From NCBI GenBank assembly GCA_031362565.1, contig JANLSU010000132.1, positions 1-64,000 of the forward strand: a stretch of DNA of 64,000 bases. The letters are read 5' to 3'. Below, piece after piece: positions 20,620 to 28,880 of the stretch. The position numbers and the translations under genes are program-made. Source of the stretch: a bacterium (GTDB lineage: Bacteria > Krumholzibacteriota > Krumholzibacteriia > G020349025). Positions within the stretch are counted from its first letter, which is position 1. Each line of letters begins with the position of its first letter. A model generated the notes under the pieces. It worked only from the letters and a program-made list of their open reading frames with translations. It ran no database searches and had not been told where the DNA came from.

Positions 20620-22581
20620 ATGCGATCGGTCGCGTTGGCTCTTGCGCTACTCCTTCCGGTCTCGGCTGCTCTTGCACAGCCCCCGCCTCCCCCGCCACCG
20701 CCACTCGGACCGCCACCGCAGCCGGCGGGAAACCTCGTGACGACGGCCAAGGCCAACCTGGGCAAGGCGCTTTTTTTCGACGAGCAGCTGTCATCGACCC
20801 GCACCGTTGCTTGCGCAACCTGTCATCAGGCCGAGCACGGGGGCGGCGACCAGCGCGCCGCCGTAGGCACCGCCGGGTCGACAAACCCCGGTTTGGACGG
20901 CCTCTTTGGGACCGACGACGACATCGCGGCCTCGCCCGGCGTGCCGCTCAACCTCGCCGACGGCACCTACGACTGGTCGGCGAGTTTCGGACTACAGAGC
21001 CAAGTGACACCGCGCAAGTCGCCGTCGTCGATCAACGCCGCCTACTTCCCGCTGCTCTTTTGGGATGGGCGGGCGACGTCGACATTCCGGGATCCACTGA
21101 CCAACGCGGTTGTCTTGACGAATGGCGGCGCGCTCGAGAGCCAGGCCGTAGGGCCGCCCGTTTCGAGCACCGAGATGGCGCATGTCGGCCGCGATTGGAA
21201 CGCGGTCGCGGCCCAGATGACGAACGCCAATCCGTTGGCCCTCGCGCCGACGATTCCGGCCGCGCTCGAGACGTGGATCGCCGGCCGCAGTTATCCGCAA
21301 CTCTTCACGGAAGCATTTGGTTCGCCGGACGTCACGCCGTCGCGCATCGCGCTCGCCATCGCGTCCTTCGAACGCACCCTGTTTTCGAACCAAACGCCGT
21401 TCGATAGCGAGAATGGTGGGATTCCATCCCTCACCACGCAGGAACGCGCCGGACGTTTGCTGTTCACGACGATCAATTGCGGCGTGTGCCACGGCGGCGC
21501 ACTCCTTACCGACAATCTGTTTCATTACATCGGCGTGCGCCCGACGGCCGAGGATCAAGGCCGGTTCACCATCAGCGGCAATCCCGGCGACATGGGCGCC
21601 TTCCGCACCCCGAGCTTGCGCAACGTGCAGTTGCGCGGACCGTATTTCCACGACGGCCGATTCGCGACACTCGAGGAAGTCGTCGAGTTCTACAACCGCG
21701 GCGGCGATTTCAACGCCCCCAACAAGAGCCCGGCGATTCGACCGCTCAATTTGAACGCGCAACAAAAAGCCGATTTGGCGGCGTTCTTGAAGCGGCCGCT
21801 CACCGATGCGCGGGTTGCTGCTGCCACGGCACCGTTCGACGCCCCCGCGCTCTACAGCCAATCGACGCGGGTACCGCAGATCCTCGGCACCGGCACGGGG
21901 GGTTCAAACGGCCTCGTCCCGCAGGCCGAAGCCCTCGAGCCGCCGATCGCCGGGAATCCGAACTTCACGGTGGGTGTGTATGGGGCACTGGGAGGCGCAA
22001 CAGCGACACTCGTCATCGACTCGACGCAGCCGGGCACCGGCCCGGAGATTCCCGCCGCCGCATCTCTGGCACGGACGACGGTGCAATTGTCCGGGGTCGG
22101 CGCCGGAAACGGTTTCGCATCCGTCAGCCTGGCGATTCCCGCCGGTCCGGGGGCCGTCGGTACGGAGCTTTTTGGACGCTGGTTCATCGCCGACCCGGGC
22201 GCCGAAGGCGGCGTCGCGGTGACCGCAGCGTTTCATTTCACGATCTTCGGGCCTGCCGGCACGGCGACCGACGTCGCGCTCACGCCCGGTTCGCCGCTGG
22301 CGATCGCGCGGTTACACGCGAATACGCCGAATCCGTTCAATCCGGAAACCACGATTCGCTACGACCTGCGAGACGCATCGCCGGTGCAACTCGGCATCTA
22401 CGATGCCGCCGGGCATCGCGTCCGCCAACTCGTCACCGCCGCGCTACAACCCAGTGGCAGCTACGACGCGCGTTGGAACGGCCGCAATGACGCCGGCGCC
22501 ACGGTCGCCTCGGGTGTGTACCTGTATCGCCTGCAAGCCGGTTCATACACCGAAACGCGCCGCGCGGTGTTGCTCAAGTAG
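20620..22581 (+). CDS. di-heme cytochrome c peroxidase/MauG-family protein with C-terminal FlgD-Ig/T9SS-like domain
   Basis: Signal peptide; LGKALFFD, CATCH, FWDGRA, CGVCH, FRTPSLRNV, PYFHDG; PNPFNP...WNGRN...ASGVY. Confidence 0.88.
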   Translation: MRSVALALALLLPVSAALAQPPPPPPPPLGPPPQPAGNLVTTAKANLGKALFFDEQLSSTRTVACATCHQAEHGGGDQRAAVGTAGSTNPGLDGLFGTDDDIAASPGVPLNLADGTYDWSASFGLQSQVTPRKSPSSINAAYFPLLFWDGRATSTFRDPLTNAVVLTNGGALESQAVGPPVSSTEMAHVGRDWNAVAAQMTNANPLALAPTIPAALETWIAGRSYPQLFTEAFGSPDVTPSRIALAIASFERTLFSNQTPFDSENGGIPSLTTQERAGRLLFTTINCGVCHGGALLTDNLFHYIGVRPTAEDQGRFTISGNPGDMGAFRTPSLRNVQLRGPYFHDGRFATLEEVVEFYNRGGDFNAPNKSPAIRPLNLNAQQKADLAAFLKRPLTDARVAAATAPFDAPALYSQSTRVPQILGTGTGGSNGLVPQAEALEPPIAGNPNFTVGVYGALGGATATLVIDSTQPGTGPEIPAAASLARTTVQLSGVGAGNGFASVSLAIPAGPGAVGTELFGRWFIADPGAEGGVAVTAAFHFTIFGPAGTATDVALTPGSPLAIARLHANTPNPFNPETTIRYDLRDASPVQLGIYDAAGHRVRQLVTAALQPSGSYDARWNGRNDAGATVASGVYLYRLQAGSYTETRRAVLLK

Positions 22582-22589
22582 CGGCAGTC

Positions 22590-22937
22590 TCAGCTTGCGA
22601 GTTTTTTCTCGAGAACGCGAATGAGGCCGGCTTTGCGGGAGCGCGCCTTGGGTTTGATGACGATTTCGACGTCCTGCCCGAGCGCGTTTAGGAAGCGAAA
22701 GAGCCGGTCGGACGAGAAACCTGCGAGGTGTCCGCGCATGAGAGCTGACACCTTTGGTTGATCGATGCCAAGAACATCGCCGGCCTGGGCCTGAGTGAGC
22801 TTGCGCTTCGAGATGATTGCGCAGATGCGTTCCGCGATCTCCGCTTTCGCCAAGGCTTCCGCGGCCTCTGGAATCTGGAGGTCCTCGAACACGTTGCCGC
22901 TGCTCTCTCGAACTTCAGTCGTTGCCTTGCGTCCCAC
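22590..22937 (-). CDS. XRE-family HTH antitoxin (HigA-like)
   Basis: SSGNVFEDL, LTQAQAGDVLGIDQPKVSAL, FSSDRL. Confidence 0.88.
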   Translation of the reverse strand: MGRKATTEVRESSGNVFEDLQIPEAAEALAKAEIAERICAIISKRKLTQAQAGDVLGIDQPKVSALMRGHLAGFSSDRLFRFLNALGQDVEIVIKPKARSRKAGLIRVLEKKLAS

Positions 22938-23313
22938 TGCCCTCTCTCCTTGCTAACCACTCTGCGTGCATTTCCGCCCTTTTGAGCCGCCGTCTCACGA
23001 GGTCCATCTCCGGTTTCGGTGTTTGAATGCCCTTCTTCGCCTTCTTCTGAAACGCATGCAACGCGTAGACCGCGCCCTGGAAGTTGATGGTGTAGACAGC
23101 CCGGTAGCTGTCGCCGGCGTGGTCGTCCACCACCTCCAGCACCCCACCCCCACCAAAACCCCGGAGAGCCCTCGCACTGATGTGCTTTCCGCCCTTCTGT
23201 GCTTGGAAAAGCGCAAATCCAATCGCGTATCGCACTTCCCTGGGGAATCCACATACGTCGTGAAGGGCCGACCCCACCCAGAAGAGCGGCTTGGGTACCG
23301 GCGCGATGCTCAT
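22915..23313 (-). CDS. RelE/ParE-superfamily toxin (Gp49/HigB-like)
   Basis: KPLFWVGS, GVLEV, YRAVY, LHAFQKK; toxin upstream of and overlapping the antitoxin. Confidence 0.88.
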   Translation of the reverse strand: MSIAPVPKPLFWVGSALHDVCGFPREVRYAIGFALFQAQKGGKHISARALRGFGGGGVLEVVDDHAGDSYRAVYTINFQGAVYALHAFQKKAKKGIQTPKPEMDLVRRRLKRAEMHAEWLARREGSGTQGND

Positions 23314-23316
23314 ATT

Positions 23317-23332
23317 ATGCCATTTTTGGCAT
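23317..23332. promoter_or_regulatory. probable TA autoregulatory operator ATGCCA-N4-TGGCAT
   Basis: Perfect inverted repeat a few nt upstream of the toxin ATG, flanked by -10-like TACAAT/CATAAT and TTGCAC on the minus strand. Confidence 0.55.
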
Positions 23333-23521
23333 TGTAGTGCAAGGCGGTCCCTCTCCCGGATCCTTCGATCCTGCGTCCAAACTGGACGCGGTTTCCATGA
23401 CCGTGAATGGGAGGTGGATCGTGCATCGGGGTGAGCGCCGCCGAGTTCGCGCTGGCGGAGCGCGAAGGCGATAGCCGGCAGTACTAGCAAGCACAGCGCC
23501 AGAGTGAATCCAGCGGAGCGG

Positions 23522-24415
23522 TCAGCGTCCTTGGGCGGCCGGTTGCCCGCCGAACAGGCGCTTGAAGTCGGACCACGTCGTGTGTTGGACGGCGGTGCGC
23601 GCATCGGAGATGTCGGTGGCGTAGAGCGAGTCGTGGACCGTGTCGCTCAACCAGAGATACTCGCCGTCCCAGGCTTGTCCCACGGGATGGGGTCCGGCCG
23701 GCTTGTAGGTGTTCAACGTGTCACCGGTCGCGACATCGATCGCAAACCCGAGGTCGAAAATCCAGTCGACGCTCCACAGGTGAATCCCATCCCACGCCAG
23801 GTCTTCGACCCAGTACACCGGCAGGCGAAGAAAACCGACGCTTTGGAGCGTCTTTGGATCGAGCTTCCAGAGTTCGCTCGTGTCACCGACGTTGGCGCCG
23901 AAGCACGCGAGCCACAGGTTCGAACCATCCCATTCGAGACCGACGGGATTGCCGGCCCCGGGCGGCTTGTCGTAACTCGCGACCACCCGCACCCCGGTCG
24001 GCGTGACCGCGACCTTCATGATGCTGCGCCCGTTCAAGTTATCGTGGTCGCAGGTCCACAAGTAGGTGCCATCCCACGCCAGGCCCTCCGGGTGCACCGG
24101 CAGGAGCGGGTCGGTGTAGGCGCCAAGCGTGGCGCCCGTCGCTGGATCGACCTTGTACAGGGTGGAATTCGAAAAGTTGTTCGACCACAGAGCGTGACCG
24201 TCCCAGGCCAGACCCTCGGGGTAGTCGCCCGGCGACGGAAACCCCCGCACCATCCGCCCGATCTTCCTCGGCCCCAGGCCCCAGGCCCCGGTCGCGGCCC
24301 ACACGGCCGCTAGCAAACCCACCGCCAGCGCCAGCCGCGCCAGCTGCGCCTGGCGCGACAAGCGCGACAAGCGCCAGAAGCGCGACCGCGAGGTGGAAGA
24401 CAGGGCGTCGGGCAT
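23522..24415 (-). CDS. exported beta-propeller (glutaminyl-cyclase/YncE-like) with C-terminal TTWSDFKRLF tag
   Basis: Five P-x-G-L-A-W-D-G-x-x-L-W-like repeats; signal peptide. Confidence 0.75.
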   Translation of the reverse strand: MPDALSSTSRSRFWRLSRLSRQAQLARLALAVGLLAAVWAATGAWGLGPRKIGRMVRGFPSPGDYPEGLAWDGHALWSNNFSNSTLYKVDPATGATLGAYTDPLLPVHPEGLAWDGTYLWTCDHDNLNGRSIMKVAVTPTGVRVVASYDKPPGAGNPVGLEWDGSNLWLACFGANVGDTSELWKLDPKTLQSVGFLRLPVYWVEDLAWDGIHLWSVDWIFDLGFAIDVATGDTLNTYKPAGPHPVGQAWDGEYLWLSDTVHDSLYATDISDARTAVQHTTWSDFKRLFGGQPAAQGR

Positions 24416-24602
24416 GTTCGAGAGACCTCCGGGCAGCGCGCGAACCCTTAGGCGGGAAAAGGGGGCGGCACCGCAATTGTACCATTGCCGCCCGGTGCCG
24501 TAACCTGCGGCGCCATAATTTCGTAGGCCCTTTCAAACCGGGCTCTTACTCGCCGCCAGAGCCGATTGCCTCATCACCTCGAATGCGGGAAGGGCCAATC
24601 CC

Positions 24603-26408
24603 ATGACCCGGACAACCTTTTGCTTGGCGCTCTGCCTCGCGCTCCTGGGGACAGGCAGCGCGCGCGCGGCGGTATTTCTCCGTCTGGATGACTACGACAC
24701 CAAGGACCTGAAGACTGCGGGCTTCGAGCTCGCCCGCAAGGCACACGTCGAAATCGATGCGCTCGGGGTCCGGAACCCCTGGTCCGACGAGTACGCGGCA
24801 TACGCCTGGATCATCGACGCGAACACCCGCCAGGTCGTCTGGTCGCAGGACGACAGTGACGGCACCACGGTCCGCGGCGGGCATCGCGACCGGCGTGACC
24901 GCCGCATGCTGCGGACCCACGAATCCGTCGACCTTGGCCCAGGACGTTACGAGCTGTATGCATGGGCGGGGCTCGGGTACAACGGCAACTTCAACAACTT
25001 CCGTTTTCATTTCAGCAGCCTCGGTAAGCTGCGCGATCTCGTCGATCTCGCCGACTCGCACGATGACGGCGACGTCGATGACCGGCGGTTCAAGACGGCG
25101 CTGCGTGACTGCTACGTCGAACTCGCCTCGAATGACATCCAAAAGAGCGAGGTGAAGAACTTCGACCCGACGGGTGAAGTGCCGGGTGCCGTGTTCCGCG
25201 CCAACCGTCTCGGTGATCATGCGTTCGTGGAGAAGGGCCTGCGCGTCGACAAACCGCTCGACTTGCGTTTGTACGGCACCTGCGAGTGGCCCAACGACTG
25301 GCGCGAACCAGCCGACGCGACCTGGATCATCAACGCCGACACGCGCGAGCGTGTTTGGGAGCTCAGCCGCCGTAACACCGAGGACGCGGGCGGGGCCGAG
25401 AAGAACCGCTCGTTCGACACCGAAGTGCACCTGGATGCAGGGCGTTATGTTCTCTGCGCCGGCACCGACGATTCGCACTCCTTCGACGAATTCAACGCCG
25501 CACCGCCCTATGACCCGGCGGCCTGGGGTGTGCAGGTCCTGCCCGGCCACAGCTTCGACGCCGCCGCGTTCCATGTGGAAGACGCGCCGGTTAGAGGCGA
25601 GCCGGTCGTGGATCTCACCAAAGTCCGCGACAATGACGTCCTCGAGCGCCGCTTCAAAGTGAACCGCGATGGCGACGTGCTGGTTTACGCCCTTGGCGAA
25701 TGGAACGACAACGGCGACGAGTTCGCGGACCGTGGTTGGATCACGCGCGCCGGCAGCCGCGATGTGGTCTGGGAAATGAAGGAACGCAACACGCACCACG
25801 CCGGCGGCGCGGAAAAGAACCGTATGTTCGACGGCTTGGTGAAGCTCGCGGCCGGCGACTATGTGGCACATTTCGAGACCGACGACTCACATTCGTACCG
25901 GCGTTGGAACTCGGAGGCGCCGTACGACCGCGAAGCTTGGGGACTGGCGGTCTACCCGGCGCATGGCATGACGGCCCACGACTTCCAAGTCAGCGAACTG
26001 CGGAAGAACGACGACGGCTCGGCGGACAAGTACGATAAACCGGCGGATGCCCTCGCGTCGATCACGCGGGTGCGCAATCATGCCCACGAGCACGACAAAT
26101 TCACCCTCACCAAGGCCACCAAGGTTCACATCTATGCACTCGGTGAAGGTGTCGATCGCGACATGGCCGACTACGGCTGGATCGAGGACAAGAACGGCGA
26201 AGTGGTCTGGGAAATGACCTGGCGAAAGACACACGAAGCCGGCGGGGCGCGCAAGAACCGCGAATTCGACGGTGACGTGCTGTTGGATGCCGGCACCTAC
26301 GAAGTGCACTTCGAGACCGACGGCTCGCACGCCTACGGCTCGTGGAACGACCGCCGTCCGGACGACCCGAGCGCCTGGGGCATCACGATCACGCCCGCGA
26401 AACCGTAA
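24603..26408 (+). CDS. exported protein with four tandem ~125-aa beta-rich repeats, unknown function
   Basis: Signal peptide; repeated VWE...AGGAxKNRxFD...LxAGxY...TDxSH...PxDxxAWG. Confidence 0.8.
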   Translation: MTRTTFCLALCLALLGTGSARAAVFLRLDDYDTKDLKTAGFELARKAHVEIDALGVRNPWSDEYAAYAWIIDANTRQVVWSQDDSDGTTVRGGHRDRRDRRMLRTHESVDLGPGRYELYAWAGLGYNGNFNNFRFHFSSLGKLRDLVDLADSHDDGDVDDRRFKTALRDCYVELASNDIQKSEVKNFDPTGEVPGAVFRANRLGDHAFVEKGLRVDKPLDLRLYGTCEWPNDWREPADATWIINADTRERVWELSRRNTEDAGGAEKNRSFDTEVHLDAGRYVLCAGTDDSHSFDEFNAAPPYDPAAWGVQVLPGHSFDAAAFHVEDAPVRGEPVVDLTKVRDNDVLERRFKVNRDGDVLVYALGEWNDNGDEFADRGWITRAGSRDVVWEMKERNTHHAGGAEKNRMFDGLVKLAAGDYVAHFETDDSHSYRRWNSEAPYDREAWGLAVYPAHGMTAHDFQVSELRKNDDGSADKYDKPADALASITRVRNHAHEHDKFTLTKATKVHIYALGEGVDRDMADYGWIEDKNGEVVWEMTWRKTHEAGGARKNREFDGDVLLDAGTYEVHFETDGSHAYGSWNDRRPDDPSAWGITITPAKP

Positions 26409-26436
26409 GCGATTGGTGGAACGCCGCGGTGGTGGA

Positions 26437-27585
26437 TCAGCGCCGCGCCGCGGCGGGCTCGGGCACGCTTTGGACGACGCGGAGGATGTTGTAACGCGAA
26501 TCTCGTTGCGCGGGCACATAACCCGCGCCGCGGATGTGCCGTTGCATGGTGATCTCCGCGACGTGGCGGAGTGACGTGCCGGCCGCCGACACGACGTTCT
26601 CTTCCAGCATCGTGCTGCCGAAGTCGTCGCAGCCGAACTCGAGCGCGACCTCGGCCAAGCGCAGGCCTTGCGTCGGCCACGACGCTTGCACGTGCGCGAA
26701 GCTGTCCAGGAAGAGCCGGGCGACCGCCATCAAGCGCAGGTATTCGTTCGCGCTCGCGCCATACGAGTCGCGATTCTTACTGCGGCCGAGTGGCGTATTG
26801 TCCGTCTGCAACGTCCAGGCGATGAACGCCGAAAACCCGTGGCCGTGCGCCGCACGGCTCGCGTCCTGCAAATCGCGCAGCTTTTGCAAGTGGCCGATGC
26901 GCTGCTCGACCGTCTCACCAAAACCGATCACCATGCTGGCGGACGTCACGAGTCCCAGCTTTTGCGCGATCCGCATCGCCTCCAGCCAGCCCGCGGCGCT
27001 CTGCTTCTTGGGGCTGACACGCTTGCGCACCTCGTCGTCCAGCATCTCGGCGCCGCCGCCCGGCAGGCCCGCGAGTCCGGCCGTTTGCAAGCGCCCGAGG
27101 ACTTGCTCCATCGAGAGGCCCTCGACGGTCGCAATGTGGTCGATTTCGGACGGCGAAAACGCATTGATCTCGATCTCGGGGTAGGTCGCGCGTAGCCAGC
27201 GCAGCAGGTCTTCGTACCACGCGAGCGGCAGGTCGGGATTGTGGCCGCCCTGCATGAGAATGCGCGTCCCACCGACCTCCATGAGTTCTTCGATCTTCTG
27301 CGACAACTCGGCGCGCGTCAGCGTGTACGACTCCGGATGGTTCTTGTTGGGCCGGTAGAAGGCGCAGAACTGGCAGTCCGTGATGCAAATATTCGTGTAG
27401 TTGATGTTGCGATCGATGAGGTACGTGACGTGGCGTTCGGGCACCTGCCGGAAGCGCGCGGCTTGCGCCGCCTGGCCGAGCGCGTGCAGGTCGGCCTCCC
27501 GGTAGAGACGCGCCGCGTCCCCAGCTTCGAGGCGCTGCCCGGCGCGCACATCGTTCAGAATCTTGTCGGCGCTCGCGACTGCCAC
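26437..27585 (-). CDS. mqnC: cyclic dehypoxanthine futalosine synthase (radical SAM, CofH/MqnC family)
   Basis: IDRNINYTNICITDCQFCAFYR, LMQGG, PGGGAE, QASW, DFGSTMLEENVV. Confidence 0.9.
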   Translation of the reverse strand: MAVASADKILNDVRAGQRLEAGDAARLYREADLHALGQAAQAARFRQVPERHVTYLIDRNINYTNICITDCQFCAFYRPNKNHPESYTLTRAELSQKIEELMEVGGTRILMQGGHNPDLPLAWYEDLLRWLRATYPEIEINAFSPSEIDHIATVEGLSMEQVLGRLQTAGLAGLPGGGAEMLDDEVRKRVSPKKQSAAGWLEAMRIAQKLGLVTSASMVIGFGETVEQRIGHLQKLRDLQDASRAAHGHGFSAFIAWTLQTDNTPLGRSKNRDSYGASANEYLRLMAVARLFLDSFAHVQASWPTQGLRLAEVALEFGCDDFGSTMLEENVVSAAGTSLRHVAEITMQRHIRGAGYVPAQRDSRYNILRVVQSVPEPAAARR

Positions 27586-27694
27586 GGACCCTCCGGAAAT
27601 GATGCTGCGGGCACTCCAGGTGTCGTGTCCCCGCGCGTCTGCGCGCCCACGGTACCTGAAGACGTTCGGGGGCCGCAACCGGGGACGGCCTTGG

Positions 27695-28195
27695 CTACAC
27701 GGACCCTTCGAGATCGAGAGTCATGTAGACATTCGCCGTTTGGTAGCGCACGTCGGCCGGCAGGTCGGCATGGCGAAAGCCGAGTGTCTCATAGAGGCGG
27801 ATGGCATCCACGAGGGATGTATGCGAAGTCAGGACGACCTGGATCGCCCCGGCGTCGCGCGCGAATTCAATCACGGCCTCGGAGAGCTTCCGTCCAAGGC
27901 CGCGGCGTTGTGCCGCCGGATCGACGGCGAGCTTGGCCAATTCGAAGATCGTGGGTGCGATGCGAATCGCCGCACACGAGCCGATCGCAGCGCCATGTTC
28001 CACCGCGAAGAAGACTTGCCCACCGGTTGCCAGAATGCGGCCCTCCGGATCCTGGAGGTATTCGAGGTCGACGGGTTCAAGAAGGTCGTGCCCCTCGAGC
28101 CACACACGATTCAAACGTTCGAACGCGGCGCGGAACTCGGGGCGATAGGGCACGACCGAGATGGACGCCTGCCCGGAGATTGGATCAAATGCCAT
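27695..28195 (-). CDS. GNAT N-acetyltransferase
   Basis: ELAKLAVDPAAQRRGLG, AIRLYETLGF. Confidence 0.88.
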   Translation of the reverse strand: MAFDPISGQASISVVPYRPEFRAAFERLNRVWLEGHDLLEPVDLEYLQDPEGRILATGGQVFFAVEHGAAIGSCAAIRIAPTIFELAKLAVDPAAQRRGLGRKLSEAVIEFARDAGAIQVVLTSHTSLVDAIRLYETLGFRHADLPADVRYQTANVYMTLDLEGSV

Positions 28196-28324
28196 CGCTG
28201 CACCAACCTCCGAAATCATCGAGCGCCGAACGACCGCCGCAATGATGCGTGGACGCGCCGCGGCGCGCAAAACGGCGGTGGCCGTCGACAAAGGTCGTGA
28301 TGGACTGGATGGACTGGCTAGGAT

Positions 28325-28723
28325 TCATCGGTCCAACGCGTAGTCGAACTCGTACGAATGCTTGCCATCCGCGATGCTGATCGCCATCTTGCCGGCGAGT
28401 CCGACGAGTTCGCCGGTGCCGGAGTCCGGCACGACGGTCACGGAAAGCTGCGGCGTACCGCGATCCATGGTGCCGGTGTGTTGCAGCGCAAACGTGCCGG
28501 TCTTGCCCTGCAGCGTGCCGGTGACGCGCTCCATCGCGACGTACCCGGCGGAGCCCGGAGTGTCGGTGCCGGCGGCCAGCATCTGCCCCCGGCTCGTCGC
28601 TGCGAGATCGCCGTGAAACCGCTTGTCGAGCCCCAGCCGGCCCACGGTTGGATCTCCGACGTTCTCTTCCGCGGCCTGAGGGGTCATCTTCACTTCGAAC
28701 GTGCCGCTGGCGCGATTCATCAC
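28325..28723 (-). CDS. DUF3224-family protein
   Basis: GSAGYVAMERVTGTL, GTFALQH, VVPDSGTGEL. Confidence 0.85.
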   Translation of the reverse strand: MMNRASGTFEVKMTPQAAEENVGDPTVGRLGLDKRFHGDLAATSRGQMLAAGTDTPGSAGYVAMERVTGTLQGKTGTFALQHTGTMDRGTPQLSVTVVPDSGTGELVGLAGKMAISIADGKHSYEFDYALDR

Positions 28724-28880
28724 TGCCGCCTCCGTCTAGTGTTCCATGGTCCGTTTGCCCGTCACGCGGTGGATCCTTGGGCTCGAGACCATCGTCCCAG
28801 CGAGTTTACTGCTTTTCGTCACCGCCTTACTCGGGGGGGGTCCACGCCCTGCCACCGGTGTTCCTTGGTATAGTTTCAGA

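Noticed and set aside
23343..23521. Hydrophobic N-terminal extension of the toxin ORF (22915..23604)
   Set aside because: The toxin family starts at KPLxWVGS and a promoter/operator-like patch precedes ATG 23313; the extension is at most an unassignable fragment
24330..24392. 9-nt tandem repeats (CGCGACAAG)
   Set aside because: Only 2-3 in-frame copies in a signal-peptide region; no sign of phase variation
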